64,000 nt of DNA from Octopus sinensis (taxonomy: Eukaryota). Position numbers and translations under genes: made by a program. Positions 38,165-52,930 of the stretch are shown here, one piece after another; position 1 is the stretch's first letter, and the number at the start of each line of letters is the position of its first letter. The notes beneath the pieces were generated by a model. That model saw only the letters and a list, made by a program, of their open reading frames with translations. It did no database searches and was not told where the DNA came from. The stretch covers positions 80,104,001 to 80,168,000 of the forward strand of contig NC_043003.1 in the NCBI RefSeq assembly GCF_006345805.1, written 5' to 3'.

Positions 38165-38650
38165 ACCTTGTTTTGTCTTGGTATAAAAGATGGGCTACAG
38201 CAAATATTCTGCTCAATACCACAGATTTGCTTGTCAGTTGCTTGACCGTAACCAGTTGAGCATGTCCCTTAGTGGCTGACGATATGTGCATCTCTGATCA
38301 CGTGCAGAAGTAGTGGGGGAGCATCATATCCATGTGTTGAGAGGGATTCTTTGGGGTTTGAATAATTCACCTCTGGAAACATGGTTGGTTCTTTCAACAT
38401 CCTTAAACAACCCTTATTCAGGGACGTTTTGAGCGGGATGGGCTACTCAACCTGAAGAAAATTCTAACTGGGCCCCACCTGCAAGGTCATGAGCTGTTTA
38501 TCTTGATATGAGATCACCATGTCGCGCACATATGGTTGTGATGCATGTGCTTGGTGTACCCTTATCAGACGGGTAGTCATGATGGGTATATTGGGCTTCG
38601 TATATTTTACCCCAGTGTCACTTTGATGGCATGAACTGCTCTCTCACTCA
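38165..38650 (+). mobile_element. (AAT)n-tailed dispersed repeat, copy 2 (5' truncated)
   Basis: Aligns with 19690-20175; ends CTCTCACTC(AAT)n. Confidence 0.85.
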
Positions 38651-38728
38651 ATAATAATAATAATAATAATCATAATAATAATGATAATGATAATAATAAT
38701 AATGATGATAATAATAATAATAATAATG

Positions 38729-38803
<75 letters not shown>

Positions 38804-38836
38804 TTAATAATAATAATGATAATAATAATAATACAA

Positions 38837-38889
<53 letters not shown>

Positions 38890-38890
38890 T

Positions 38891-39470
38891 GCTACAAATG
38901 GTGGCGATACGATCAGGTAGCGAAAGCGCTACATTGGTAACTAGTAGGGCTGGAGAGGTGCAAGACGTGGTACGAGCACAGACCGCAGAGAGTGGTAACA
39001 TCGGAGACTGTCAAAATCCTCTGGGATTTCCCAATCCAAACAAATAAGGTGCTACAGCATAATAGACCTGACCCAGTGCTGGTGGACAAGGTGCACCACA
39101 TACGCTATATAGTTGACGCTTTATGCTCCTTTGACTAAAGAATAGTCAAGAAAGAAGATGAAAACATAGATAAATGCAACCCTGTTAAGGACGAAATAGC
39201 TCGGCTATGGAAAATGAAAAAAGTGAAGATAGTGCCAATTACTTTTGAGTCCTTAGGAGCAGCATCGGAAGGCATCAAGAGGAATATAAAGGAAATTGGA
39301 AAAGAGTGCCCAGTAGAACTGTTACAAAAGTTTTGCCTCCTTGGCGCCGCCAAAGATAATCAGTAAAGAATTAGCCGAAAAGAACGAATAGCACATGGTA
39401 TTATAACCTGCAGGCAGTGAGCCCGCTACGCATGCAAGATTCCAGGAACTCCAACCTGTGATAAAGTGAA

Positions 39471-39471
<1 letters not shown>
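38891..39471 (+). mobile_element. R4/Dong LINE 3' fragment, divergent family E
   Basis: YKWWRYDQVAKALHW..KILWDFPIQTNKVLQHNRPD..EIARLWKMKKVKIVPI..LG; (TAA)n on both sides. Confidence 0.85.
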
Positions 39472-39524
<53 letters not shown>

Positions 39525-39537
39525 TATAATAATAATA

Positions 39538-39590
<53 letters not shown>

Positions 39591-39711
39591 CATTATTATT
39601 ATCATATGATAATAATGAGGTGGAAAATTGGGACTGAAGAAATTTACCTCAAACTGCCAGATGTTGAGCAATTATATAACAACAGCAAACAAAACAACAA
39701 CAACAACAATT

Positions 39712-39791
<80 letters not shown>

Positions 39792-39796
39792 AAGAA

Positions 39797-40397
39797 GGAA
39801 GGAATATATTCACAGACATGACAGAGTTCGAACCTACATACATTGGAAGCTATGCCAACATTATGGAATAACAACAGAAAAAAGATGGTATAGGCACACA
39901 CCAGAAAAGGTCACAGAAAACGAGAAAGCAACCATACTCTGGGATATGCCGATACACACAGATAGAGAAATTAAGGCCAACAGACCAGATATAGTTGTCA
40001 GAGATCATGAAGAAAAAAAATGCTTTCTAATTGATGTATCAATACCGGCAGATGACAACGTGTCTCTAAAAGAAATGGAGAAACTCTCAAAATACAAAGA
40101 CCTGGAAATAGAGATAACTAGAATGTGGAACCTGAAAACAGAAACAATTCCTATCATAGTAGGTGCATTAGGCATGAAAAAAAAATATTCAGACAAATAC
40201 ATAACAAAAACACCAGGACTTACAAACACATATAACATACACAAAATTGCACTACTAGGCACTGCACACATCCTACGCAGAACACTTTCAATACAATAAC
40301 CATCAGAGCATCACAACAAATCACAGCATATACCCAAGGCACACAGAGCTGCGCTCGGTAGTGAAGTGAAAGCACGCTATAAAAATAAAACTACTGA
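39797..40397 (+). mobile_element. R4/Dong LINE 3' fragment, family A copy 2 (RLE frame intact)
   Basis: KEYIHRHDRVRTYIHW...[18 protein letters not shown]...KLSKYKDLEIEI...RRTLSIQ*; 3' UTR nearly identical to 36780-36878. Confidence 0.92.
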
Positions 40398-40418
40398 ATA
40401 ATAATAATAATAATAATG

Positions 40419-40461
<43 letters not shown>

Positions 40462-40464
<3 letters not shown>

Positions 40465-41193
40465 AACCATTGATCATGTCTCCAAGTGCAGTCTTCTAGT
40501 ACCTACAGAGAACCTCAACAGGCATGATAGAGCTGCACAATATATTCACTGGCTAATTTGCAAAAACCTGGATTTGCCCCATGAAAAAAACTGGTGGGAA
40601 CACAATCCACCTCCTGTGCTTGAAAATGACCACATCTCACTCCTCTGGAACTTCACCATTCAAACTGACAGAAAGATAGATGCAAACAGGCCAGACATCA
40701 TATTGAAAGATATCAGACAAAGAACATGCCTCCTCATTGATATGACTGTCCCAATCGATATAAACGTATCTGTCAAGTCCTACCAAAAACTGAGCAAATA
40801 TAAAGATCTTGAAATAGAAATCAGCAAAATGTGGAAGCTGAAGACTAAAACAGTACCTGTTGCCATAGGTGCCCTGGGAATGATAGCGAAAGGGACTGAT
40901 TGCTACCTAATTCAGACACCAGGAAACCCCAAAATGGCAGAAATTCAAAAGATAGTGCTCATGGGAACTGCTCATAACCTTCGCAATATACTCTCTATGT
41001 AATCTCAAGGTCTAAAACAAACTTTAAAAAAAAATCTATTTATTAGACATTCACTAGTATAACACCAAACCCCCTCCAAATATATGGCACACTAGGCATA
41101 ACAACAACGTGAACTTCCAACCTTTTGTCTCTTGAAGTCTCTAGGTGAGACTTGGAGCCAACTTGTACAAACATAAAGCAAAAGTCAAACATA

Positions 41194-41195
<2 letters not shown>
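40462..41195 (+). mobile_element. R4/Dong LINE 3' fragment, family B copy 2
   Basis: Coding part nearly identical to 37446-37930; ends AAACATAG(AAT)n. Confidence 0.9.
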
Positions 41196-41271
<76 letters not shown>

Positions 41272-41296
41272 TAATAATAATAATAATAATAGTAAA

Positions 41297-41328
<32 letters not shown>

Positions 41329-41849
41329 TAATAATAAAGACAATGATGATAATGAAGCTGCACCTGCGGCTGCTGTTAATGACGATGATGATTGTGAAGA
41401 TGATAATGATTATGATGATGATGATGATGATGATTGTAATGATGATGACAACAAAGAATATGGCTGTAACCTCTGTGCAATATATTGACATTCTGTCGTA
41501 ACTTAAAACTGATAAAAACTTGTAGAAAAATATATCAAGCAGAGTACATTGCAATAACCTCGCGAATATTGACTGAATAAAAGATCAAGGCAAGCCATGA
41601 AAATCTAATTACCGAATTAAATTTTCGATGTCAGTCTCAACCTCTTCTGAAAAAAAATGACCTGCAAAGGGACCGAGAAACTGTCAAACTAAAATTGCCA
41701 TTTAATAAAAAAAAGCAAATAAATAAATATATAAATAATAAAAAAACAGACGTCGATGCCAAATAAAAACGAAAAAAACGAAAAACAACAAGACTATAAC
41801 AAAGTTAATCAGAAACTATACAATATCTTACATATCGAGCACAATCCAA

Positions 41850-42297
41850 AATATAATGCTTGTCGAACAGCCAAAAGCTTATGTAAACATCTTCATTCAA
41901 TACCTGTAAAAGAATTTGGAAATTGAAGTAAATATAAGGGCAGGGAAATTGAAATACAAAAGATGTGGCATCTTAAAGCGCGAACTGTTCCTGTTATTGT
42001 GGGTGTCCTTGGTTTAATAAGAAAGAGATATCAGAAACATCTAAATAATATCCCAAGAGAAGTATGTCTAAGAGAAATCCAAAAGATTGTGCTGACAAGT
42101 ACTGCCTACATCCTTAAAATATCCATATCAATTTAAATGTATTCGTTGTATTACATGAAGATATTTCGCTACTGCCCCTGCCACATTCCCTTCCCAAACT
42201 TTCAGTCGTACTGAAAATTCTCTTATTCTTCACTCACCTTGGTCTCTGGGTGTGTCTAGGCTAGTGATTGTAACAAACATGCAGATTAACAGTAGAT
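41850..42297 (+). mobile_element. R4/Dong LINE 3' fragment, family C
   Basis: MWHLKARTVPVIVGVLG..EIQKIVLTSTAYIL; 3' UTR matches 31780-31920. Confidence 0.8.
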
Positions 42298-42312
42298 AAT
42301 AAAATAATAATG

Positions 42313-42365
<53 letters not shown>

Positions 42366-43900
42366 TCTTATCACCAATGAAGTCATACTGGGAAGCGATA
42401 TGGAGCAAACCAAAATGACACAACAAAAATGCTCAGAGAACATGGACACATTGAGGCGTACCAGCAAATGGAAAACTACAAGGATAGACAAGGTCCCCAA
42501 CTTTTGGTGGAAACACCTCACCAGTAACCACTTAGCGGCAGCGTTCAATTTATTGATAAGTGAGCCAGAATCAATACCAAACTAGATGCTGGAAGGGCAC
42601 ACCACCTTAATTACCAAAAATAGAGATACCGAACACCCACAAAATTAGAGACCAATAACATGCCTATCAACATCTTATGGAACCCTATTATCAGTCGTCT
42701 ATAACCGGCTTATAGAATACCTGGAAAATAACAATGTTTTACCAGAAGTATAAAAAGGGTGCCGGAGAGGGATGTATGAAGGGAAGGAGCAATTTATGTT
42801 AAACCGAGCAATTATAAAGGACTGTAAAAGGAGATAGACAAACCTGAACATGACTTGGATAGATTACTAGAAAGCATTCGACAGTATTCCAAACTCATGG
42901 ATAATGGAATCTCTTCACACAAATAAGGTAGAGAGACAAAACACTTCAAAACTGAATCACAAAAAATACTAAAGTAAAAATTGAGAGCAAAATCAGTTGA
43001 TAGCCAGTAACATTTAAGGATTGACATAGGGGAATTGAGCCTAAGTAAAATGTAACAATGGCTCAAAAGCTCTGGACTAAAAACCGAAACGGAAGGACTG
43101 ATTCCCACTGCACAAGACCAATAATTATGAAACTAATTATGAAAACAAAATAATGGAAACAGGCCTCGGCACCAAAAGCAGAATGTACAACCATCACAAT
43201 CAAACAATTAGCCACAGCATCTCAGGCTGCTCAGGCCTTGCCAAGTCTGAATGTGTATACAGACTGGACAAAGTAAGCAGTTATATCCACTAGACAACAT
43301 GCCAGCATTACAGCATCAAAACTAGCAGCAGGTGGTATATTTAGCCAGGCAAAGTAAAAGACAACAAGCAGGTCACAATAATCTGGGTTATGCCGGTTCA
43401 AACCGACAAAGAGATAGAAGCTAATCGGCCGGAGATAATATTCAAGTATTGGGGAATAAAAACATCAGCTTACTGATAGACATTGCAGTCGTTTTTGATC
43501 AAAATATTGTCAAAAAGGAAATGGAAAAATTGTCGAAGTACAAAGACTACGAAATTGAAATATTCAAAATGTGAGGCAGGAAGATAAAAACAATACCAAT
43601 AATAACTCGAGCATTGGGCATGATAAAAGATCATATGAACAAAAATGTAGACGGTATACCTGGATACTCAACACTAAACACTGTCCAAAAAATAACCCTG
43701 CAAAGAACGGCGCATATCATACGCAAGACACTATCAATCCAATACTACAACCTAAGCAAAACAACTCAGAAATACAAGACACTCTATACAACATTTACCC
43801 AGTGAAATAAAACTCTCACCAGCAATCTAGAAAATCAAAGAATTATTCAACACACAATACAAGCAGAAACACAACAAAAGACAGCACCACACCTCAAGGA
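42366..43900 (+). mobile_element. R4/Dong LINE, family D, internally deleted
   Basis: DKVPNFWWK..RPITCL..KGCRRG..WIDY*KAFDSIPNSWI joined to WLKSSGLKTETEGLI.TAQDQ..ANRPEII..RTAHIIRKTLSIQ. Confidence 0.85.
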
Positions 43901-44139
43901 ATAAAAACTAACAGAATGCTGTTCCGGGAAGTGTTCGTACATTCCCAACAGCAGGAAAGAAGACACAATGCTGCACACAACCCAGCAAAATAGATGTGTA
44001 GGAGGCTATGCAGTAGAAATTTACTTCAATCTACCAAATATTAAGTAGTAATATAATAACGTAAAAATAATGATGATGATGATGACAACAACAACAGCAA
44101 TAACAAAAACAACAACAACAACAATAATAATAATAATAA

Positions 44140-44700
44140 ATACCATGATGCAGTACCTGTTAGTGGCTCTCACGGCTTTTGATTTTAACTGGCTAGAGGT
44201 GTTATCATGTAGATGTTTTGTCTTAGTATAAAAGATGGGCTACATCAAATATTCTGCTCAATACCACAGATTTGCTTGTCAGTTGCTTGACATTAATCAG
44301 TTGAGCATGTCCCTTAGTTGCTGACGATTAGTGCCTATCTGATCACGAGCAGAAATAGTGTGGGAGCATCATAGCCATATGTTGAAAGGAATTCTTGGGG
44401 GTTTGAATAATGCACCTCTGGAAACATGGGTGTTACGTTCATCATTCTTAAACATACCTAATCCAATGACCTTTTGGGCGGAACGGGCTCTTCGACCCGA
44501 AACAATTTTACTACTGGGCTCCACCTGGAATGTCATGAGCTGTTTATCTCCATATGAAATCACCACGCCATGCACATATAGTGGTAATGTATATGATTGG
44601 TATACTCTTATCAGATGGGTTCTCATGATGGATATATTGGGCTTTGTATATTTGTACCCCAGGGTCAACTTGATGGTATGCGCTGATTTCTCTCTCACTC
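44140..44700 (+). mobile_element. (AAT)n-tailed dispersed repeat, copy 3
   Basis: Full-length alignment to 19617-20175; simple AAT/AAC repeats on both sides. Confidence 0.85.
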
Positions 44701-44779
44701 AATAATAATAATAATAATAATAAAAATAATGATGTTAATAACAACAACAACAACAACAATTATAATTATAAATTATCTT

Positions 44780-45290
44780 AACTCATTGGTAGTGTTATCA
44801 TGTATATCATTTTGTCTTGGTATAAAAGATGGGCTGCAGCAAATATACTAATCGCTGCCACAGATTTGCTTGACAGTTATTTGTCCTTAACCAGTGAACA
44901 TGTCCCTCGGTGGTTGACGATATGTGCATCTCTGATCACGAGCAGAAAATGTAGGGGAGCGCCATGGCCATATGTTGAGAGCAATTCTGTGTTGAGGTTT
45001 AAATAATTCACCTTTGGAAACATGGGTGTTTCGTTCAACATCTTTAAACAATCCTTATTCAGGGACACTTTGAGCAGGATGGTATACACAATCTGTAGAA
45101 AATTCTAACTGGACTGCAGCTGCCAGATCTTGCGCTGTTTACCCTGATATGAGATCATCATGTGGCGCACATATGGTTGCCGTGCATGTGCCTAGCGTAC
45201 TCTTACCGTACGGGTAGTCATGATGGGAATACTGGGCTTCGTATATTTTACACCAGTGTCATTTTGATGGCACGCACTGCTGTCATATTC
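44780..45290 (+). mobile_element. (AAT)n-tailed dispersed repeat, copy 4
   Basis: Same family, directly in tandem after copy 3. Confidence 0.8.
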
Positions 45291-45305
45291 AATAATATAA
45301 TAATA

Positions 45306-45346
<41 letters not shown>

Positions 45347-45349
45347 GTA

Positions 45350-45560
45350 ATAAAGACTGTGCTGACAAGTACTGCCCATATCCTTCAGAAACCCAATCAA
45401 TTTAAATGCGTGTTGTATTACATAAGGATATTTCCCTACTGCCCATGCCACTTCCACACCCCAAGCTTTCAGTCATAATGTTACATCTCTTATTTTTCTC
45501 TTACCCTAGGACAATGTGTCTCGGCGAGTGATTGTAATAAACACGAAGATAGAAAATAAA
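45350..45560 (+). mobile_element. R4/Dong family C extreme 3' fragment
   Basis: GTGCTGACAAGTACTGCC...AATTTAAATG...GTGATTGTAA matches 31730-31920 and 42090-42290. Confidence 0.75.
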
Positions 45561-45635
45561 TAAACAACAACAACAATAACAATAATAATGATAATAATAA
45601 TAATAATAATGATACTACTACTACTACTACTACTA

Positions 45636-45760
<125 letters not shown>

Positions 45761-45769
45761 GAATTTAAC

Positions 45770-46480
45770 TTCTGTATGCACTGCAGGAACATGAAATTGC
45801 ATCCGGGAGTTTTGTGTAAAAAATTATCAAAAATACAAAAGAAGAGAGATCCTTAATAATTGGCAGATACTTTATTTTATCAATTCCAAATGGATTAAAA
45901 GCAAAGCTGACCTGGGTGGGATGTGAATTCAGAATATAAATGCGCAGAAGACTGTAATGCGTTTTGTCCGTCAACTGCTGGAAACACAGAGGCATTAACC
46001 GGATTCACAAGACGAATTGTTAAGATTGAGATTCGGCTTAGAAAAGTGGTCAATTCAAAATTGAAGAGAGGAAAATTAATTAAGCACACTAATAACATTC
46101 TAGATAAAGAAACACAGATAAGAGAATTAAACCATATAAAAAGGTAGAAATGAGTGGGAATCAATGAACCTGGCAATGTACAACAGACACACAAATTAAT
46201 GAAAAGGCTACGAAGGAATATCATAGACGTATTTGATTAATACTTAAAACATAGCTATGTGAAAACAATACAGTAATAAGCAACAATGCTCTAGCTGTCC
46301 CATTAATAAGCTAATATTCTCAATTGGACACACTAAATGAATTAGCATGATTAGGCACCAGAACAATAGAGAGAATGATTGCATTTAGAATAGACAGCCA
46401 AAAAGATATGTGCCATGAAAACATGTAGGCAGGGTGCGTTTGCAACTCGAAAACTGTAAAATATTCTCAGTACTGTTCCG
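45770..46480 (+). pseudogene. R4/Dong RT C-terminal fragment, interrupted by an S1-like SINE piece (~45865-45975, minus)
   Basis: FGL.K..LKRGKL, EY.RR..LILKT..NALAVP-like segments. Confidence 0.6.
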
Positions 46481-46530
46481 AAAATGTCATGTAAAGAAGA
46501 ACGGAAAATTAATAGAAATAGTTTAATATA

Positions 46531-46701
46531 GGCGTAGGAGTGGCTCTGTGGTAAGTAGCTTGCTTGCGAACCACATGGTTCCGGGTTCAGTCCTACTGCG
46601 TGGCACCTTGGGCAAGTATCTTCTACAATAGCCTCGGGCCGACCAAAGCCTTGTGAGTGGATTTGGTGGACGGAAACTGAAGGAGGCCCGTCGTGTATGC
46701 G

Positions 46702-46764
<63 letters not shown>

Positions 46765-46950
46765 ATGTGTTTGTGTGTCTGTGTTTGTCCCCCCGGCGTC
46801 GCTTGACAACCAACGCTGTTCGACGCGGTTCGGCTAAGGTGACCGATAGAATAAGTATTAGGCTTACAAAGAATTAGTCCTGGGGTCGATTTGCTCGCCT
46901 AAAAGGCGGTGCTCCAGCATGGACACATTCAAAGGACTGAAACAAATAAA
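46531..46950 (+). mobile_element. S2 SINE
   Basis: Same head, internal (TA)n(TG)n and tail as 17077. Confidence 0.9.
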
Positions 46951-47476
46951 CAGAATAAACTTGTATAAAATAAAAATAAAGGCATATATTCTGTCTTGAA
47001 GGAAGTTAACACACAAAAAAGGACAGACGTTTGAAGTGAGAGGTGGTTGCGAAGAGAAAATAATCAACTTAACATGGGATTACAGAATATCGGAATGATA
47101 TGATTGGGTGTCGTTATTTGGCTAGGTTTTGGATACGTTATTGGATACATGGAATACGTTTTGGCAATAGCACATTTTGGCACTGGAGGGAAACACACAG
47201 ATACTCGCACATACGCAGAAATGTATGTATATAGATAGAAAAACAGTGGGAGAGAGTGAGGAAAAGAAAAGTTATAGAGTTATGACTTATATATATATAA
47301 ACACATATATTCATAGAGAGAGAGAATGCGAGACAAAGAAAAAGAAAGAATGAAAAATAGGGGGTGAGAGATCAAGTGAGATTTTAAAACGATAGAAACT
47401 TCAAAATGTTTGACCTCAAATTAATCAGCGACGCCAAATAGATCACACCAAATCAGTTGTGTCAAACGTCACGTAC

Positions 47477-47526
47477 CAACAGAAAGCATATTCCCATATG
47501 TTCAAATCCTCTAATAACTGAACATG
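47477..47526 (-). CDS. Candidate 50-nt exon
   Basis: Strong pyrimidine acceptor TTTTCTTTCCCTCTTTTCAG and TTG|GTACGT donor; open as HVQLLEDLNIWEYAFC or CSVIRGFEHMGICFLL. Confidence 0.35.
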
Positions 47527-50500
47527 CTGAAAAGAGGGAAAGAAAAATCGTGACTAAAAGCTAAGATTTAAGAAATGAGGACTAAAAGTTAAGGTTTAAG
47601 TATTCTTGATCATGTGAGAACATTAAAGACTTCACATGAGACTCTACTAACTCCGAGGTTGCTGGCCTTGTGCTAAAATTAGAAAGCAATAGCTCCAAAT
47701 TCCCGATGAAACACGATATGAATGTTTTTCATTTATTGTGAAACATCCACAGCTCATTATTCGTTGTTGTCACAGTACTGTATCTCGAAGTAAAATATTT
47801 ACGTCTCACTGGATCAGACACTTACCTAAATATACTTATTATGGATAAGTACGAAATTGTTCCAATTTATAAGAGCACCACGCTGGTGCTACCACTATAT
47901 TTGATCAATTTTATCATCAGTCTGCCAAAGCAAAATTTGATATGAAACGAAACCGATTTATTGAGGACTTCATAAAGAAGACTCTATTGTCGGCTAACAT
48001 ACAGAAGTAGGTTTATTGATCAGACAGATACTGAAATTTCACAAAAAGAGAACATTTATTGTTCAATTAATTGCGATTAATCTATTTTGTGCAAAAAGAT
48101 TTTCTTTTGCTTATTTTCGATGAAAGAGAAAACCGGAATTACGTGGCGAGAAAATAGTCTTAGGACGATGTATATAAAACAACTGGAAGTAATATGAAGT
48201 TCACTTAAGCAATTTGAAGGAACAAAGAAAAATTCAACAAGACCTCAATAAATTCCTCTTCCTTTCGTGAAAAGCACATTAGTATAACGAGAGAAAAAAA
48301 AAAGAGAATGACAGAGTGTCGAAGGTACAATAATTGGAAATAACAAAACAAGCAGAATATTTGTTTGGTTTCATACAATCACTACGTTAGAAATAATCTT
48401 AGATGTTTTATTAGTGAGAACGAGAATGCATAGATTGGCAAAAACTTTTCAAGGATACATGTTATTCGACTGGAATTTTAGAATATTATAAATTAATTAT
48501 CAGATGATATATTATTTGATTAGTACTAAACAGGGGCACAAATCTATGGCTGGAACTAATGAATTTAATGTCTTGAGTAATTATCAGAATTACCAACAAG
48601 GAAAATCAATTGAAATTTCAAAATTTATTGCTCATTATTCTTCATGTAATGCGACTGACATTCTATAAAGAATGATAAAATGGGGTTGTGAGAACATTTC
48701 CAACTTAATGAGTAAAACAGCCTGTTGCCTATTTTTGTCTTTATATCAATAAATTTCCTATAATTTAGTGTTTTCACTTTATAACTATGTCATTCCCTTG
48801 GCGCATAACATATATCAATTTAAGGTAGATTTTTATACACTAGTTCTATTTACATCAATACACTTGGACATTAATTAAAAGCAATGCTTCTAGTTTTTTA
48901 TTACTTAAATGTTTTAGCTTTTGTTAAGCATATAAAAACCCTGTTCGTGGCTGATAAAAATACAGATACTATCATAAACATAAGTATTTGTTACAATTCC
49001 TTTTCCTAGCACATGAAACGACCAGGCTATTTAAACAATTGTTGAACAAGTTGTTATGTGTATAGAGTTTTACTAAATTGTTTCGTTTCAGACAAAAGCA
49101 TTGCCAGGGCCATGAATATCTAACAAATACCTTATTAGCAGGCTAAAAATAAATGATAGTATTTTACAAGTTTGTGAACAGTTGGAAATTACTTCTCCAC
49201 TGAAAAAAGTGCATGTAGCCGAAGGGAATGTATCTGTGAACGTGAAATCACATATATCCTGCCATCAATATTTCTTAATGTTTCTTTGGAAATTATTTAT
49301 AATTTGTTATTTCTGTTACTTTTCATTTGCCATTGTAGTTCTATCTCATGACACTCCTACTTAATTTCATTATCGTTGTATGTGTTCTAATGATATAAAG
49401 TACTTAAAAAGAGGTAGTATCCAAAGCACGCATATAAAACATGCGTGGGGATGAGAGCACAAGAAAAGCAAATTAAGTAACGTTCTGTTTACATTGTTTT
49501 GACCACTGAGTTCGTAACCATGGTGGTGTTCCACCATCAGTATTGTTGCACTACTATACTTCTGTTTTGGTATTCGGTGATTTGAAATGTTTTACCTTTG
49601 CCTTCCTTTGTTTCACCTGAAATATATTCTCGTCCCTGATCTTAAACAGCCAAGTAGTCATGTGACATTTGAATTTCGTTCATTTAGAGTTAAACGTCAA
49701 TCACAAGTTATAGCAGTACCTTTCTAACGCATTTGGGAGCCAAGTGAACGTTTAGCGTCAACAGGTGGTACTTAAGGGGTGGTTCAGCTAGTACCTTCTT
49801 TGTGTAAATTGCTTTTTATCTTCTTCCTTCTTCCAGGGAGTAGGGTTTTCAAGCTTTGAATCACACCTCGTTGTTGAACTAGTGCAGTGAAACATTCGGC
49901 TAGAGTAAACACATCTGGTTTTGTTTTACACTTCAAAGAGCATTGAATCGCTTCCAATTGCTGTTTATGTCAAAACAATTCCCTAGATAATAGTTAATTA
50001 CTCTGTGGATATTTATTATGTAAGAAGCACTTAAAAATCAAACAGTCTTTCGGTATCGAGGTAATCATATATATACAAGATGATATGCTATATAATCTGC
50101 GTTTCAGTTTTGGGAGAGTGGAAGAGAATCTAATTATTTAAATCATATAGTGAAACTTGGAATTTGATCTCAACGACAATTGATAATAGTTGAGTTATAT
50201 CTCTGTTACTATATTAATTTACTTCACCACATTCAATATTGTACACAATAGTCTGGTTATGATTTAACGGTTTATTTCAAGTAGGAAAGGCCTGACCCAC
50301 AAGGTTTGTCAAGTCGTTAGTGAGTGGTGCGCTCAGGGAGAGGATATGCGTTTTGGAGTTTGTATATATACACACATAGATCTATTTAAGAGATAGGCGG
50401 AGGTGAATGGATAGTAGCAGGAAGTCAGTTAACGATGAAAGCATTACCCTTTTTAGGGATTCTTACAAACTTCGTTTATGCATCAAGAGTGAACAAATGG

Positions 50501-51494
50501 GCAATATATATGAAAAAAAGAGACAGAAAAGGTTAGAAACATAAATAGACAGAAAGATAAACAGATAGAAATATAAGTCGATCAATAAACAAACAAACAG
50601 CTGTGGAATAGTTTAGTATACATTAGTTCGAGTGACAGTATTTATAGGTGATAAATGTAACATTTCTGTTCCGTTAACTTTGCTAGAACTAAGAATTTGC
50701 AGATCAACAGCTGTGAGAAGGAAATGGTGTGAAGATCAGATCAGAAAATGAGGCAACAGCACATTTTCGTGCAAATCTTTTATTAGTGTTTAAATTTAAA
50801 ATTTTGATAAAAGCATGGAAGGAAACACACCTATAATGGTTGCATTCCTTAGACAAGGAACAGGTACATTATATGATGCCATCAAGCCAAACACAATGTA
50901 CAATATTTCAAAGTATTGGAAAGAAAGGTGGAAATTTCGCTTTTAGACAGAACCTGGATATCAATCCTTGAAATTGAACGAGTGAAACTGCTTAGATTCA
51001 GAAAGTTTGTACTGCTGAAGTGTTCCGCAAAACATAATAGTACATAATCTAAAGAGACTATGTGATGTTAACCATTCTCTTTTACAGGAACAAAATGGAT
51101 ACAGATTAAATTTGTTTTATTTTCAATTGTTGCTCGATTCATGAGAGAAATACATTATCGTTCGTAATTTAATCCAAGCACATCATGCGCAACAGATTAA
51201 TAAGGCTGCTATATGATAGATTCATATATCAGTTTCATCCATGGAAGCAATAAACTCCCAGAATTAAGTATTTGGATAAAATATATAAGTTATCATTTGC
51301 TTTGATTTCCTACGCATAATTGTTTGTATCTCCTAAATGCTGAAATCCATAAACAGTCAAACCCTGTTATGCATTACATACGCAAACCTGCGCAAACATT
51401 CAACCAAAACACACACAGGAATGCGCATTTAGAGATATACACACGAACAAATACAAACACAGATGTATATTTATAAATATCCCACTAAACTTAA

Positions 51495-51622
51495 TCATAA
51501 ACATCATATATATATATATATAAACATATACATATGTGTGTATATAAATAAAAGTACATAACTAAATATATATATATATACATATAAACATATGTATGTA
51601 CATATATAAATACATATACATA

Positions 51623-51658
<36 letters not shown>

Positions 51659-51721
51659 TACATATATATATATGCATATATATATATATACTTGTATATA
51701 TACTTGTACATATATATATAT

Positions 51722-51759
<38 letters not shown>

Positions 51760-52559
51760 ATGCATACAAACACACAAATTCATACGTACACACATTTGTG
51801 TATGTAGGGAACATTTCTTCCATAGTTATAGGTAGGAGTGTTCAGTATGTTTGCGTCTGCATGGATGAACATATATCAATGTGTTTGTAGATATGTCTTT
51901 ACGAATATATATTTCCATGTATAATCATAATAATCAAGTACCTTTATGTCAACACACATATTTCAAACACAAATATATCATGCAACAATGGTCACAGTTG
52001 CTACAATTTCTTCATATAAAACAGCTTTGGCATTTACAATGGTATTTGTTTCGAAATAAAACAGAAACTTTATTCCAACTTATATTGGACATTTAATTGA
52101 AGAAAACTTTTCCTAGAAAAGTAATCTACTTTAGTTTTACAATGTCTCTCTGAATAAACAGGGGACGTGGAATAACTATCTTTTCTTCTAAGGAAACATA
52201 GATAAGCCATGAATTAAATTGAAATGCTATTCCTGTTATGAATATTATTAAGTTGTTTCACCTGACTTGAAAGTACAACATTATTGACTATACTCCACCG
52301 ATATTAAATCTACGCTTTAATTACTTTTACACTCATATACGTACAATTGTTAACTCCTCTTATCTCTTTCTCTTTCTCCCTCTGTATATATATATATACA
52401 AGTATATATATATTTACATATATACACACACATTCATATACGTATATATGCATATATATATATACATGCACATACAGACACATACACATACACACATATG
52501 TATGTATGTATATATATATATATTATATATATATATATATATAATATATATAAAGATAT

Positions 52560-52627
<68 letters not shown>

Positions 52628-52930
52628 GTATGTACGTACATAAGAATACATATATAGCCATATACGTGCAAGATACGTTCACACATATATTTTATGTAAC
52701 GTATCAGAAAAAGACTACTCATATATATACATGTGTGTGCGTGGGTGTGTGTGTGTTTGCATATATAAATGTATGTGTGTATATATTGTATACATTTTAC
52801 ACACATGCACACGTACGTGCTTACACCACTCATATATGTATCCATATGTAGGATAAAAATCTATTTATATGCATACAATATATATATGTGTGTGCATGTG
52901 TGTGTATTTATATATATTTATATATATATG
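51495..52930. repeat. Two long (TA)-rich compound microsatellite blocks (51495-51770, 52380-52930)
   Basis: Direct reading. Confidence 0.9.

Noticed and set aside
47826-47921. Strong minus-strand TAG|GTAAGT donor 300 bp upstream of the 47526 acceptor
   Set aside because: All three frames contain stops; it could only be a non-coding exon, and there is no support.
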